IMG/VR virus record: IMGVR_UViG_3300031912_000032 | Coordinates: 1 to 40,111 of that record | From: a virus | Lineage: Duplodnaviria; Caudoviricetes | Direction: 5' to 3' (one strand) | DNA: 40,111 nucleotides | Shown here: piece after piece, positions 19,220 through 27,577 of the stretch | How positions within the stretch are numbered: position 1 is the stretch's first letter | Layout of the letters: the number at the start of each line of letters is the position of its first letter | Translations under genes and position numbers: made by a program | The notes under the pieces: model-generated | What the model was told of the DNA's origin: nothing | Databases searched by the model: none | What the model saw: the letters and a program-made list of their open reading frames with translations, nothing else

Positions 19220-19827
19220 TCCTTACCATCGAGGAGCTAGCGCGACTGGAAATTGAACAGGTAAAGCGCGAACGGGAGACAACGGAGCCCGACCCAGACA
19301 TGTGGCGATGGTCGCCTCTTGAGATCTGGGAATTCGCACGGATGCTTGAGGTTGCGCGACAGCTAGCCGCAGACGGCCTCCGTAGGCTCAGGTTCGCGGA
19401 GGCCGGAAGCGGTATCGGCACAAAGCTCTATCTAGCTCAGAACAAGTTTGATATGAGTGCTACAGGCTTTGAGATTAACGAGGAGTATATCACCCAGGCC
19501 CGCAAGCTTGACGTCTGTACGAACAAGTGGGACCTACGGAAGGCTCATCCTCCGTGGAGGCTTTACGACATCGTCTATATGGCCCGGCCATTTAAGGATG
19601 ATGATTACGAGGTACAGTGGGAGCGCGAGGTTCACGACCGTATGCGCGATAAGGCCGTCCTCATCTCGGCATATGCGGCCGTGAAACCTTATAGCTGGCC
19701 CTGCTATTACCGGGCTCCGTTCCGTGGAGTGTGGATGAAGACACCGAGGACGGGGCAATATAGTCAGATGATTCAACGTAGTGCCACTGGTTCTGATCCT
19801 CTGGTTCCGGAGCCTGGTCCTCGATAA
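19189..19827 (+). CDS. Class I SAM-dependent methyltransferase with capsid-N-arm-like C-terminal tail
   Basis: Motif I FAEAGSGIG, GFEINEEY, YDIVYMARPF; start uncertain (TTG 19189, or ATC 19219 after GGAGG). Confidence 0.8.
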   Translation: MRGRYCGGCAILTIEELARLEIEQVKRERETTEPDPDMWRWSPLEIWEFARMLEVARQLAADGLRRLRFAEAGSGIGTKLYLAQNKFDMSATGFEINEEYITQARKLDVCTNKWDLRKAHPPWRLYDIVYMARPFKDDDYEVQWEREVHDRMRDKAVLISAYAAVKPYSWPCYYRAPFRGVWMKTPRTGQYSQMIQRSATGSDPLVPEPGPR

Positions 19828-20164
19828 GCCCTGGGAATCTACCGGGCTCCTCCGGGCTCTCCGGGCTCTCCGGCTCCTCGCGTCTATGCCGTCCGGGACC
19901 TCCGGCATATCTGTGCTTGCCCACTTTTCGCTTCCTGAACATAAGGCTCTCCGCTCGCTCGCCTAGCTCTGATTCTAATACGGAGAGCGATGGACACGCT
20001 ACCCCTAGCGAGCGATGGCATTCCGCACGGCCTGCCGGGCTCCGGGCTCCGGGAAGCTCCGGGCCGTACCCGCACCGGAGCGAGCCGTAGAGCCCGCTAC
20101 GGGCCTCTCCGGAGCCGGGGGATATCTCCGGTAGGCCGGAGAGCCCGACGCTTCTAAAGGCTTC
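19828..20164. other. Convergent intergenic region with several inverted repeats (terminators or structured RNA)
   Basis: Stems 19885-19909, 19946-53/19981-88, 19955-62/20008-15, 20085-20102 and 20101-20146. Confidence 0.5.
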
Positions 20165-20584
20165 CTAGCCCGGTACCGGGACTGTCTTACCGCACTGTTG
20201 ACAGACTTGGTACTTCCGGACGTAAAGGAATCCCCTGGAGACGGTACGCCAGTGCTTGTGGCGGCAATGCTTCGGGCTCTTACGCTTTGGCTTCCGGACT
20301 CGTCCGGGCTTGCCAGCACCCATCTTCCGCTTGCGTTGTTGCTCGCGCCATTTCCTCCTGGCGTAATCTTTAAGCTTCTGCTTAACCGGCCGCTCGCGAA
20401 GTCTCTTCTCGCGTGCCTGCTGCCGGTCGTATTTGGCCTTGTTCATGATCTTGTAGCTAAACGGCCCAGTCTTTACGCGGACCAGTCCGGACTTAGTTAG
20501 GTCTGCGTCACTCACCTTATGCCAGGGAGTGCCTTCCGGGGCAAAGTTATTACGGTGCGGCTCTTCTCCTCCGTCAGGCGGCAT
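20165..20584 (-). CDS. Basic hypothetical protein with C-terminal zinc-ribbon-like motif
   Basis: Lys/Arg-rich; CRH...CQQCGK; last gene of the left-transcribed arm. Confidence 0.6.
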   Translation of the reverse strand: MPPDGGEEPHRNNFAPEGTPWHKVSDADLTKSGLVRVKTGPFSYKIMNKAKYDRQQAREKRLRERPVKQKLKDYARRKWREQQRKRKMGAGKPGRVRKPKRKSPKHCRHKHWRTVSRGFLYVRKYQVCQQCGKTVPVPG

Positions 20585-20813
20585 TGCTATGTCCTCTCCG
20601 TTCGTGGAAGTGACCTAGCTCCTCCGGCTTAGTATCGTGAAGCCGGTCATGAAAGATACGCCAGGCTTCCTCTAGGTCGCCTCCGATACCCATCGGCTTT
20701 AGCTCCCACATACCGGCAAGGTCGCCTCTATGTCTATGAGTCATATGAAGGCAGAACGTTGACAGGTCCATATGATCGGCGCATTGAACCTTCTCACCCT
20801 CAGTCGGGATCAA
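20574..20813 (-). CDS. Small His-rich protein
   Basis: HMTHRH...FHDRLH...GHFHE; overlaps both neighbours. Confidence 0.6.
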   Translation of the reverse strand: MIPTEGEKVQCADHMDLSTFCLHMTHRHRGDLAGMWELKPMGIGGDLEEAWRIFHDRLHDTKPEELGHFHERRGHSNAA

Positions 20814-23070
20814 TTACCCACATCCTTTCAACTTTCACCGGAGTACCGAATCCGGCGATACGGTTACCAGCAATCACGACGACATCGTGGTTGACGTGAA
20901 TCCGCTCTATCTCCCGGAGGAGGTCTGGAAATTTCCAGCGGTTGATACGCGCATAGACTTCCTCCTCTCCGGTATCGAACATATGAAGCGTAGCGCGCTT
21001 AACAAGATCCGGCCGTTTAAGCTCCAGTATGATCTCCTCATACTCGCGCCCGGTACGGCTCCGTTCGTCCTCGACAATGTCCTTGATCTCAACGCGGCGT
21101 ACCATACCGAAGTAGACTACGCGAGGTCCAGGGACGTATCGTGTACCGGGCTCCCACTTAGGCACCTTCATACCGGCCAGGAAGTCACCGTTATGGGACG
21201 GTAGCGGGATACCGGAGCCTTTCTGTTTCCGGATCCAGCGGCGTACCGTCGCGAGCCTCCGCTCTGTCCGGTAGAGCCCGAATGGATCGCGGGCTTCCGA
21301 GAATGTCTCCATCTTCCGGATGCGCTCAAGCCCGACTCCGGGCACGGCCGTAAGCTCTACCCATTCATCGGCATGGCCGTATGCCTCAATCCGGCTAGCC
21401 ATCTTGGGGCCGACACCGGGAATCTGGCGCCAGCCGGCGACAAGCGAGCCTTGCGGCTCCTGGCCGTCCTGACAGATTACCTGCGGCCGCCAGGTACTCT
21501 GGCTAATCCCTATCTGCGGAGGCCGGATATCTATTGAATGAGCGAGTGCGTCTTGCATGAGACGGAACTGCTGTTCCTTGTCGGCCTTCTGAAGTGATGC
21601 CGCGTAAAACTCTAGCGGGTAATGAACCTTGAGCCAGGCAGTCCAGAATGCGAGGAGCGAGTAGGAGACGGCGTGCGCGACGTTAAAGGCATAGGTACCG
21701 GCCGTAACGAGACGGTGCCATATCTGGTCGGCTAGCTCGTGATCGATGCCGTGGAGCCGCTTTGCGCCTTCCGCGAACAGATCGAAATTCTGCTGGAATG
21801 CGGCCTGCCCTGATTTCTTAGCGATAATCCTCCGGATATGATGGACGTTAGTCCATTCAAGTCCACCGACTTCTTTAAGGCAGCGGAGGATATGCTCCTG
21901 ATAGATCATCTGCCCGTAGGTATGGGCGGTGATCTCATCCACAATAGGGTGAAGTGAGGCTGCGACATTTCGCCCATGTCGAACTTCCACATACTCAGCT
22001 GTCTGTCCGGAGAACAATGGACCGGGACGAGATAGAGCATTGATGTCGGTGATATGCCCGAAGTGCTCTGGGCGTACATCCCGGCATACCAGACGTGTGG
22101 CGCGACCTTCAAACTGAAATACTCCACGGACGTCATTCCTCCGGAATACATCAATGGTTTCCGGGTCATCGTCGGGAATCGCATAGAGATCCTCCAGGGT
22201 AAGGCCGGCCATATTAAGACACCGGGTTATCATGCCTAGAGTCGAGAGCCCTAGGAAGTCAAGCTTGAGAGCGTCCACATACTCCGCGTCATACTTGTCG
22301 ATGCTGACTACCCGCTCTCCGTCCCTTCCGGTATAAACGGCGCAGACGTCGGTGAGCGGGCTATCCGCAACGAGGAGCCCGCAGGCGTGAATAGAGAGCC
22401 CACGGTAGTTACCCTCTAGCCGGATAGCCTTGGCAAGGTCAGGATGAATGTTGAGGACTTCCTGCGCGGCCGGGAACAGTTCAAAGGTGTCCTCTAGGGT
22501 TGCGTCGGCTCGCGAGTCGCCTCCGCTCCGTTCTATCGCGAGACTGGCAACAGTCTCCTTAGCCCAGATGGGTATCTGGTATACTCGCGCTATGTCCTGG
22601 AGGGAATTCTTGGCCTTGTACTTGATGAAGTTGCCGATGTGGCCTACCCGGTCAGCACCGTACTTGTAGGCGATATAGTCATAGACCTTAAACCTTTCCT
22701 CATCAGAACAATCCACGTCTATATCTGGGGGATCGTGCCGGGTAACGTCAAGGAATCGCTCAAAGATCATACCAGGGTAACGGTGCGGGTTGACTTCGGT
22801 TATCCGGGTTATGTAGGCTACGTCGCTCGCGGCAGTAGAGCCGCGCCCAGGTCCGATCGTTACTCCGTTGTCCTTAGCCCACCGTATGGTATCGGACGTA
22901 AAGAGCATGAAATCTGCCAGGCCTTTGCCGAGGATCATATCCATTTCCATTTTGATGCGCTCGCCATGCCAATCTTGATCCTTAGCCGACAAGCTTCCTA
23001 GCTTCCGATAGTTCCATCCAAAGCGAAGCCATTGCCACAGCAGGTCTTCAGCCGATAGAATGTTCTTCAT
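20800..23070 (-). CDS. dnaE: DnaE-like DNA polymerase III alpha, catalytic part (no PHP domain)
   Basis: GPGRGS, FERFL, PDIDVD, HACG, KLDFLGL, GVFQFE, ALSRPGP, IYQE, YAFNVAHAVSY, WLKVHYPLEFY; own RBS GGAGGAAAGG before ATG 23070. Confidence 0.93.
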   Translation of the reverse strand: MKNILSAEDLLWQWLRFGWNYRKLGSLSAKDQDWHGERIKMEMDMILGKGLADFMLFTSDTIRWAKDNGVTIGPGRGSTAASDVAYITRITEVNPHRYPGMIFERFLDVTRHDPPDIDVDCSDEERFKVYDYIAYKYGADRVGHIGNFIKYKAKNSLQDIARVYQIPIWAKETVASLAIERSGGDSRADATLEDTFELFPAAQEVLNIHPDLAKAIRLEGNYRGLSIHACGLLVADSPLTDVCAVYTGRDGERVVSIDKYDAEYVDALKLDFLGLSTLGMITRCLNMAGLTLEDLYAIPDDDPETIDVFRRNDVRGVFQFEGRATRLVCRDVRPEHFGHITDINALSRPGPLFSGQTAEYVEVRHGRNVAASLHPIVDEITAHTYGQMIYQEHILRCLKEVGGLEWTNVHHIRRIIAKKSGQAAFQQNFDLFAEGAKRLHGIDHELADQIWHRLVTAGTYAFNVAHAVSYSLLAFWTAWLKVHYPLEFYAASLQKADKEQQFRLMQDALAHSIDIRPPQIGISQSTWRPQVICQDGQEPQGSLVAGWRQIPGVGPKMASRIEAYGHADEWVELTAVPGVGLERIRKMETFSEARDPFGLYRTERRLATVRRWIRKQKGSGIPLPSHNGDFLAGMKVPKWEPGTRYVPGPRVVYFGMVRRVEIKDIVEDERSRTGREYEEIILELKRPDLVKRATLHMFDTGEEEVYARINRWKFPDLLREIERIHVNHDVVVIAGNRIAGFGTPVKVERMWVIDPD

Positions 23071-23099
23071 GACGTCCTTTCCTCCGGAGATCATACATG

Positions 23100-23621
23100 T
23101 CAGGCCTTAATGAGCTGGGTTACTAGGACTTTGTTCCGTTCTACGATACCGGCGATGAGATTGATCCCTACGATGAACTTCCATCCCTCCCCGGAATAGG
23201 ACGAGTGCTTGTCATAATAGGGATTGTTGAAGATACGATCCCACGTCTCCTCCGACCAGAATGACTTATGGTCCGGATCAGAGTGAGCTAGCTCCGTATT
23301 CCAGTACGGGACTACGACGTTAAGATGTCCTCCGGTAAAGAGGACTCGCTGGCACTCGCGAAGGAGAGCAAGAGGATCATGGACGTGCTCAAGAAAATGG
23401 ATGGCGTAGATAGCCGACACCGTTTCGTCATCGTACGGGATTGGGTCCTTGTCGGCATCCCACTCCGGAAGGTCGAGCGCGACCGTTCCGGCGATGAGCT
23501 TCCTCCCGGCTCCAAGGTTAAGTGCGAGGCCCGGCTCATCACGCCGGAAGTCCGGGACAGTCCGGTCAATGCCGATTTGTAGGAAGTCTATAAAGTCAGA
23601 TGGACGTTTGTAGGTTACCAT
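23100..23621 (-). CDS. SAM-dependent methyltransferase (Methyltransf_11-like) between the DnaE halves
   Basis: LNLGAG, PIPYDDETV, IHFLEH, LRECQRVL...GG, DPDH. Confidence 0.85.
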   Translation of the reverse strand: MVTYKRPSDFIDFLQIGIDRTVPDFRRDEPGLALNLGAGRKLIAGTVALDLPEWDADKDPIPYDDETVSAIYAIHFLEHVHDPLALLRECQRVLFTGGHLNVVVPYWNTELAHSDPDHKSFWSEETWDRIFNNPYYDKHSSYSGEGWKFIVGINLIAGIVERNKVLVTQLIKA

Positions 23622-24553
23622 GGTTTTAGGTCATCCTCGCTAATGGGGTACTGTAGTCGTTTCGCCTTCGGCAGGGTTACGTTACACCTACCGGCTATTA
23701 TAGCCGTATTCTTAATGGCCTCCCAGGCCTCGCTCCGGGAGAGTCCTGTCTTCATGAGACGTTCGCCTAGGGCCTTATCCGACTCCGGGAATGTCATTGG
23801 CACGGCATAATTCCATTCTCGCATCTGATCCTCTACGGTATGCGCTCCTCTCCGTACTGCGTGGAGGATAGCCTGCATCTCGGAATCCTCCGGATGCGGG
23901 TAATGGATATCCTGCGTTACGACTAGCGGTACTCCTGTCATCCGCGAGAGTTTCGCATAAGCAGGGTTCATGGTACAGCTACGCTCTAGCTCATAGAACG
24001 GCTGGACCTCTAGGAAGTAACGGTCACCGAACAGATCCTGGAACCGGCTGATAAGAGCTTCGGCATCATTCCAGGCTTCCCCCGGCCGTCGCTCCTCTCC
24101 TCCCGGAACGGGGATTCCCTTTCCTCCAAGTAGACTACAGGCGAGCAGTGATCCAGAGCACCCGGATAGTACAAGCAACCCGTCCGAATGTTCCTGAAGA
24201 TTCCTTCCAGAAACAGTAGGATAATAGTAACTATCAAGATAAGACTGAGTGACAATCCGGTTGAGATTCTTGTAGCCATCACTATCTCCCGCTAGGATCG
24301 TGAGGTGGTATTTGAACTGCTGTCTGTTCTCGTCAACGGCTCCGGTATATGCCTCGATTCCAAAGATGGGCTTGATGCCCTTTGTGATAGCTGCCTTCTC
24401 AAACTGGAAGTGTGAGGAGACGTTGCCGTGTTCGGTCAGAGCCATGGCCGAATAGCCTAGCTCCGCTGCCCGTTCTACGTGCTGTGCCGGGGTACCGAAG
24501 CCGTCGCCTAAGAATGAGAACGTAGTATGGTGGTGTAGACTTACGAATCTCAT
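23615..24553 (-). CDS. dnaE: Stand-alone PHP domain of DnaE (N-terminal part)
   Basis: SLHHHTTFS, ALTEHGNV, GIKPIFGIEAY, HLTILA, LSGC, TQDIHY; metal ligands appear retained. Confidence 0.9.
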   Translation of the reverse strand: MRFVSLHHHTTFSFLGDGFGTPAQHVERAAELGYSAMALTEHGNVSSHFQFEKAAITKGIKPIFGIEAYTGAVDENRQQFKYHLTILAGDSDGYKNLNRIVTQSYLDSYYYPTVSGRNLQEHSDGLLVLSGCSGSLLACSLLGGKGIPVPGGEERRPGEAWNDAEALISRFQDLFGDRYFLEVQPFYELERSCTMNPAYAKLSRMTGVPLVVTQDIHYPHPEDSEMQAILHAVRRGAHTVEDQMREWNYAVPMTFPESDKALGERLMKTGLSRSEAWEAIKNTAIIAGRCNVTLPKAKRLQYPISEDDLKPW

Positions 24554-24559
24554 TTGGCA

Positions 24560-25015
24560 TCACCTCCCAAGCCCGCGATATTGGCACTTGGCCTCGTGAT
24601 GCGGCAGCGGGTAACCGCAGCCAGGGCACGCCTCATTATCTGGCCCATTGATCGTGTCTGTCCTTCTGCTGGCCGGGCCGGATATCTTGATCCATGTTGA
24701 TCCAGGAGTTGATTCCTCGGGCCAGTATGCCGGCACAGTAAAGTAAAGTGGTCCTGGAAGCCGGACTCCCCCATCATCCTGGAGCTTAACTGCCCATACG
24801 TGCTCTATGATTAGCGGGAGCAGGAATTCATCATTGAGAAGATCATCCTCTATCTCGATGAGCACCACGTACTTGTCCAGGTCCATACGCTTCCTCTTTC
24901 TTGCCGCCCCATAGCCAGCTAGGAAGTCAAGCTGATCCTCTCCCGCTAGCGGAGTACCTGGGGTTATCAGTACTCCGTCTATTATCATTCCCTCGCCAGG
25001 GAACACAAAACTCAT
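24560..25015 (-). CDS. Hypothetical protein
   Basis: ATGA-coupled start at 25015; C-terminal CPGC...H...C; possible internal start at MDLDK. Confidence 0.5.
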   Translation of the reverse strand: MSFVFPGEGMIIDGVLITPGTPLAGEDQLDFLAGYGAARKRKRMDLDKYVVLIEIEDDLLNDEFLLPLIIEHVWAVKLQDDGGVRLPGPLYFTVPAYWPEESTPGSTWIKISGPASRRTDTINGPDNEACPGCGYPLPHHEAKCQYRGLGR

Positions 25016-25368
25016 CCGGGCTCGCCTAGCTCTCCCCACTTAGCTCCTTTGTTCTGGAGCCGGAGATAGAATCCTGCGAAGTTGATGATGTCGACTGCGC
25101 CGTTCTCATAGAATTCATTGCGCTTCCATGAGAACAGCCGGAGCCGGAATGCGTTGTCTAGGATATCGTGGACAAGTCCCTTCCATCCACGGATCTTCCA
25201 GAACAGGTCATCCGGGTTGTCCGGATCGGTGTAGCCTCGCTCGCAGATAATCGCTAGAGCGTCCGTAAACGGGCCGGAGAGCTGCCCTACCGCGTCCGCG
25301 TTAGGGTCGAGCCCTATGGCCTCTAGGTAGGTGTATGCCGCGTCACGGTGGTTCTCGTTCGTCTCCAT
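25012..25368 (-). CDS. Nucleotide-modification-associated domain 1 (DUF1599/MazG-like) protein
   Basis: RGY...WKIRGWKGLVHDILDNAFRL...VDIINFAGF resembles the Nmad1/DUF1599 pattern; neighbourhood fits. Confidence 0.5.
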   Translation of the reverse strand: METNENHRDAAYTYLEAIGLDPNADAVGQLSGPFTDALAIICERGYTDPDNPDDLFWKIRGWKGLVHDILDNAFRLRLFSWKRNEFYENGAVDIINFAGFYLRLQNKGAKWGELGEPG

Positions 25369-26121
25369 TTACTCGCCTTTCCGTGGAGTCTGGTATATTC
25401 TCATGAGCCTTTCCCTGTCCTTCGCCGGCATATGGGCTAGCTCCGTTAGTATTCTATCGCGAGCAGCCTCCGGCACGCTATCCGGCTGATTGATCAGCTC
25501 GTAATGAGGCTGGTTATCTGCGACGCTACTCCAGTATGCCGCTACGCGACGGAGCCCCATGAAGAGACGGCCCTGTGCCGTCGCGTCATCCAGAGCATAA
25601 TGCGGCCGGAGGCCGGAAAGCTCAAGAGGCCCGGCAAGACTCCAGATCATTCTTTCCGGGAGCCCGTTATAACTGGGCTGGTTTACTAGGCCGTTCGCGT
25701 AGCTCCGGATGTCGAGACCTGAGAAGCCTAGAGGATTGCGGCCGCAGTATCGCCACATATAGAAGTTGATGAATGCGAAGTCGAATGCTATGGGCCAGCC
25801 TACCGCGATAAGGTTATGACTTCCTAGCTCGTGCTCAAGCCAGTTCTTGAAGTGGATCGTAGCGTGATGTGCTGGGACCTGTCCCTCCTGGAGGATGTTC
25901 CAGGCTTCGGCCTGAGCGGGCTCGCGCCACCATTTCATGGTCGCGTCATTCGGCCTGGAACCTTCGGCTGGCTCGATAGAGGAGTACCATCCGGCCAGCT
26001 CGTTGCCGGCAGGGTCAAACGCGACGGCCCCTAGGCCAATCATTGAATTGATACCGGGAGCCGGGCCGTCCGTCTCAATGTCGATAGAGACGAATATCTC
26101 AGGCTGGGTCTTGGTCTTCAT
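25369..26121 (-). CDS. DnaQ-like (DEDDh) 3'-5' exonuclease
   Basis: SIDIETDG, AFDFAFI, HYALDDA. Confidence 0.85.
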   Translation of the reverse strand: MKTKTQPEIFVSIDIETDGPAPGINSMIGLGAVAFDPAGNELAGWYSSIEPAEGSRPNDATMKWWREPAQAEAWNILQEGQVPAHHATIHFKNWLEHELGSHNLIAVGWPIAFDFAFINFYMWRYCGRNPLGFSGLDIRSYANGLVNQPSYNGLPERMIWSLAGPLELSGLRPHYALDDATAQGRLFMGLRRVAAYWSSVADNQPHYELINQPDSVPEAARDRILTELAHMPAKDRERLMRIYQTPRKGE

Positions 26122-26398
26122 CGTACTCTCCCCTGACTTGTTCGATGGTCCAGATACCGTTGAGCGTTTCCGTGGTCGGGTAATTACATTCCTTACAGCA
26201 GAATAGGACCACGGTTATCCTGTCCCACTGTAGGCGAGGATGGGCTGGTCTTGGCGGAGAATAAACGCCACGGATGTCCCAGATGTGTACGTGCTCTTCC
26301 TTGCCTAGCTTCCGGAGAGCGTCTGAGATTACGTTGCGGGCTTCGGCTAGAGAGCGTTTCTCTTCCGCAATCTGGCTGAGTATTGCTTCCTCAGACAT
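26099..26398 (-). CDS. Hypothetical protein (possible Zn-binding)
   Basis: HVHIW...CCKEC; coupled overlaps. Confidence 0.55.
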   Translation of the reverse strand: MSEEAILSQIAEEKRSLAEARNVISDALRKLGKEEHVHIWDIRGVYSPPRPAHPRLQWDRITVVLFCCKECNYPTTETLNGIWTIEQVRGEYDEDQDPA

Positions 26399-26696
26399 GA
26401 CGTCTCCTATCGACAGGAGCTGGAGCTAGCCCGGCCTCATTCTCTAGCTGGTCGAGTAGCCTACGTAGGTCATTGACTATGTATTCAGGGTAAACCTTTC
26501 TCTTTCCATAACCCTTCCCGTAGCCTATGTGGAATCTACGGCTGTCCCATAGCTCGCGTTCTAGCCAGGCGTTCCTACCTTCCTGGCGCTTAGATACGTA
26601 GACATCTATCATGTTCCACATAAGATAGAGCATCGATCCGGCCGGCCAGGAGTCAGGATCACTTCCGTCCGTATAGCCGCCGAGAGGCTCGCTCAT
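26391..26696 (-). CDS. Hypothetical protein
   Basis: RBS AAGGAGG and ATGA overlap with the ThyX stop. Confidence 0.55.
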   Translation of the reverse strand: MSEPLGGYTDGSDPDSWPAGSMLYLMWNMIDVYVSKRQEGRNAWLERELWDSRRFHIGYGKGYGKRKVYPEYIVNDLRRLLDQLENEAGLAPAPVDRRRHV

Positions 26697-27577
26697 TGCG
26701 GCCTCCTTGCTGCTAGATGATGGAGTGGTTCGTGCGGGCTGATATCGGTCCACGTCTCCGGCCGTTCGCCTTTAGCGTGGTGCGCCTCTACTCGCTCGCG
26801 GATAACGCAGTAACGGTCGGCCGGGCCCATGAACTCGCATTTCCCGGTAGCGTAGCATACCGGCCGGAAAAGACTCGCGATAGCTATCTGCTGCCATCGC
26901 TCCTCTTCCGGGCCGTACGCGAGGACGGCTTTTATCATCTCAAGCCATACGGCCTTCCACTCGAACTGAGCCTGAGAGCAGAGCCGCATTCCGGCGTGGT
27001 CGATGAGATTCCGGAGATTGGTATGGTAGTGAATCCGGGTGCCGATGTTCGTCGGGAGGAGCCCGCGAGCGTCCTCCGCAGGCGTACCGGCCTCGACTAG
27101 GGCATTATAGGCCCAGCCGATACGGTTAACGGTATCCTCCCATACCTTCCGGGCCGGAGCGTCCTCTGAGAGAACCTCAATCGATGGAGGCAGCCCGGTC
27201 TCAAATGCGGCATTCTCCTTTACCGCGAATCGCATCGACTCCTGGACGAACACGGCTGTACGCTGCCGGACCATCTGATGGGTAAAGGCACGGGTGACGC
27301 CCTGGATCAGGAATGAGAAGTGAACCCATTCAAGAGGAGCCGAGATCTTGCTGGCCTTGAAGCTCTCGACCCACCCCAGGGCCGTATTCTTTGATATCTT
27401 CCGTGGATCATCGACCACGACGCCACGGTAAAGCTCTGCCGGAGTCGCAAGTACACGGAGCGGGTTAGCCGTCTGGTCGTAGAGGACTACGGATGGCCGT
27501 AGCGGCTCGCCTTTCTCCGTTAGCGGCTCCGCGCGGTACATCGCCTCATCCGCGTACCGGGCTATCTTGTTATCCAT
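26693..27577 (-). CDS. thyX: ThyX-like flavin-dependent enzyme (divergent)
   Basis: VTRAFTHQMVRQRTAVFVQESMRF, EDARGLLP, NLRNL...RLCSQAQFEW; RHR is RQR. Confidence 0.8.
   Translation of the reverse strand: MDNKIARYADEAMYRAEPLTEKGEPLRPSVVLYDQTANPLRVLATPAELYRGVVVDDPRKISKNTALGWVESFKASKISAPLEWVHFSFLIQGVTRAFTHQMVRQRTAVFVQESMRFAVKENAAFETGLPPSIEVLSEDAPARKVWEDTVNRIGWAYNALVEAGTPAEDARGLLPTNIGTRIHYHTNLRNLIDHAGMRLCSQAQFEWKAVWLEMIKAVLAYGPEEERWQQIAIASLFRPVCYATGKCEFMGPADRYCVIRERVEAHHAKGERPETWTDISPHEPLHHLAARRPQ

Noticed and set aside
20072-20089. 18-nt match (gcaccggagcgagccgta) between the central intergenic region and the SSB repeat
   Set aside because: Both lie in low-vocabulary CA/TG-poor sequence, so a chance match cannot be excluded.
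23070-23621. Intein or group I intron explaining the DnaE split
   Set aside because: No intein terminal motifs, no non-coding flanks for a ribozyme core, the insert is an MTase not a homing endonuclease, and the downstream half has its own RBS.
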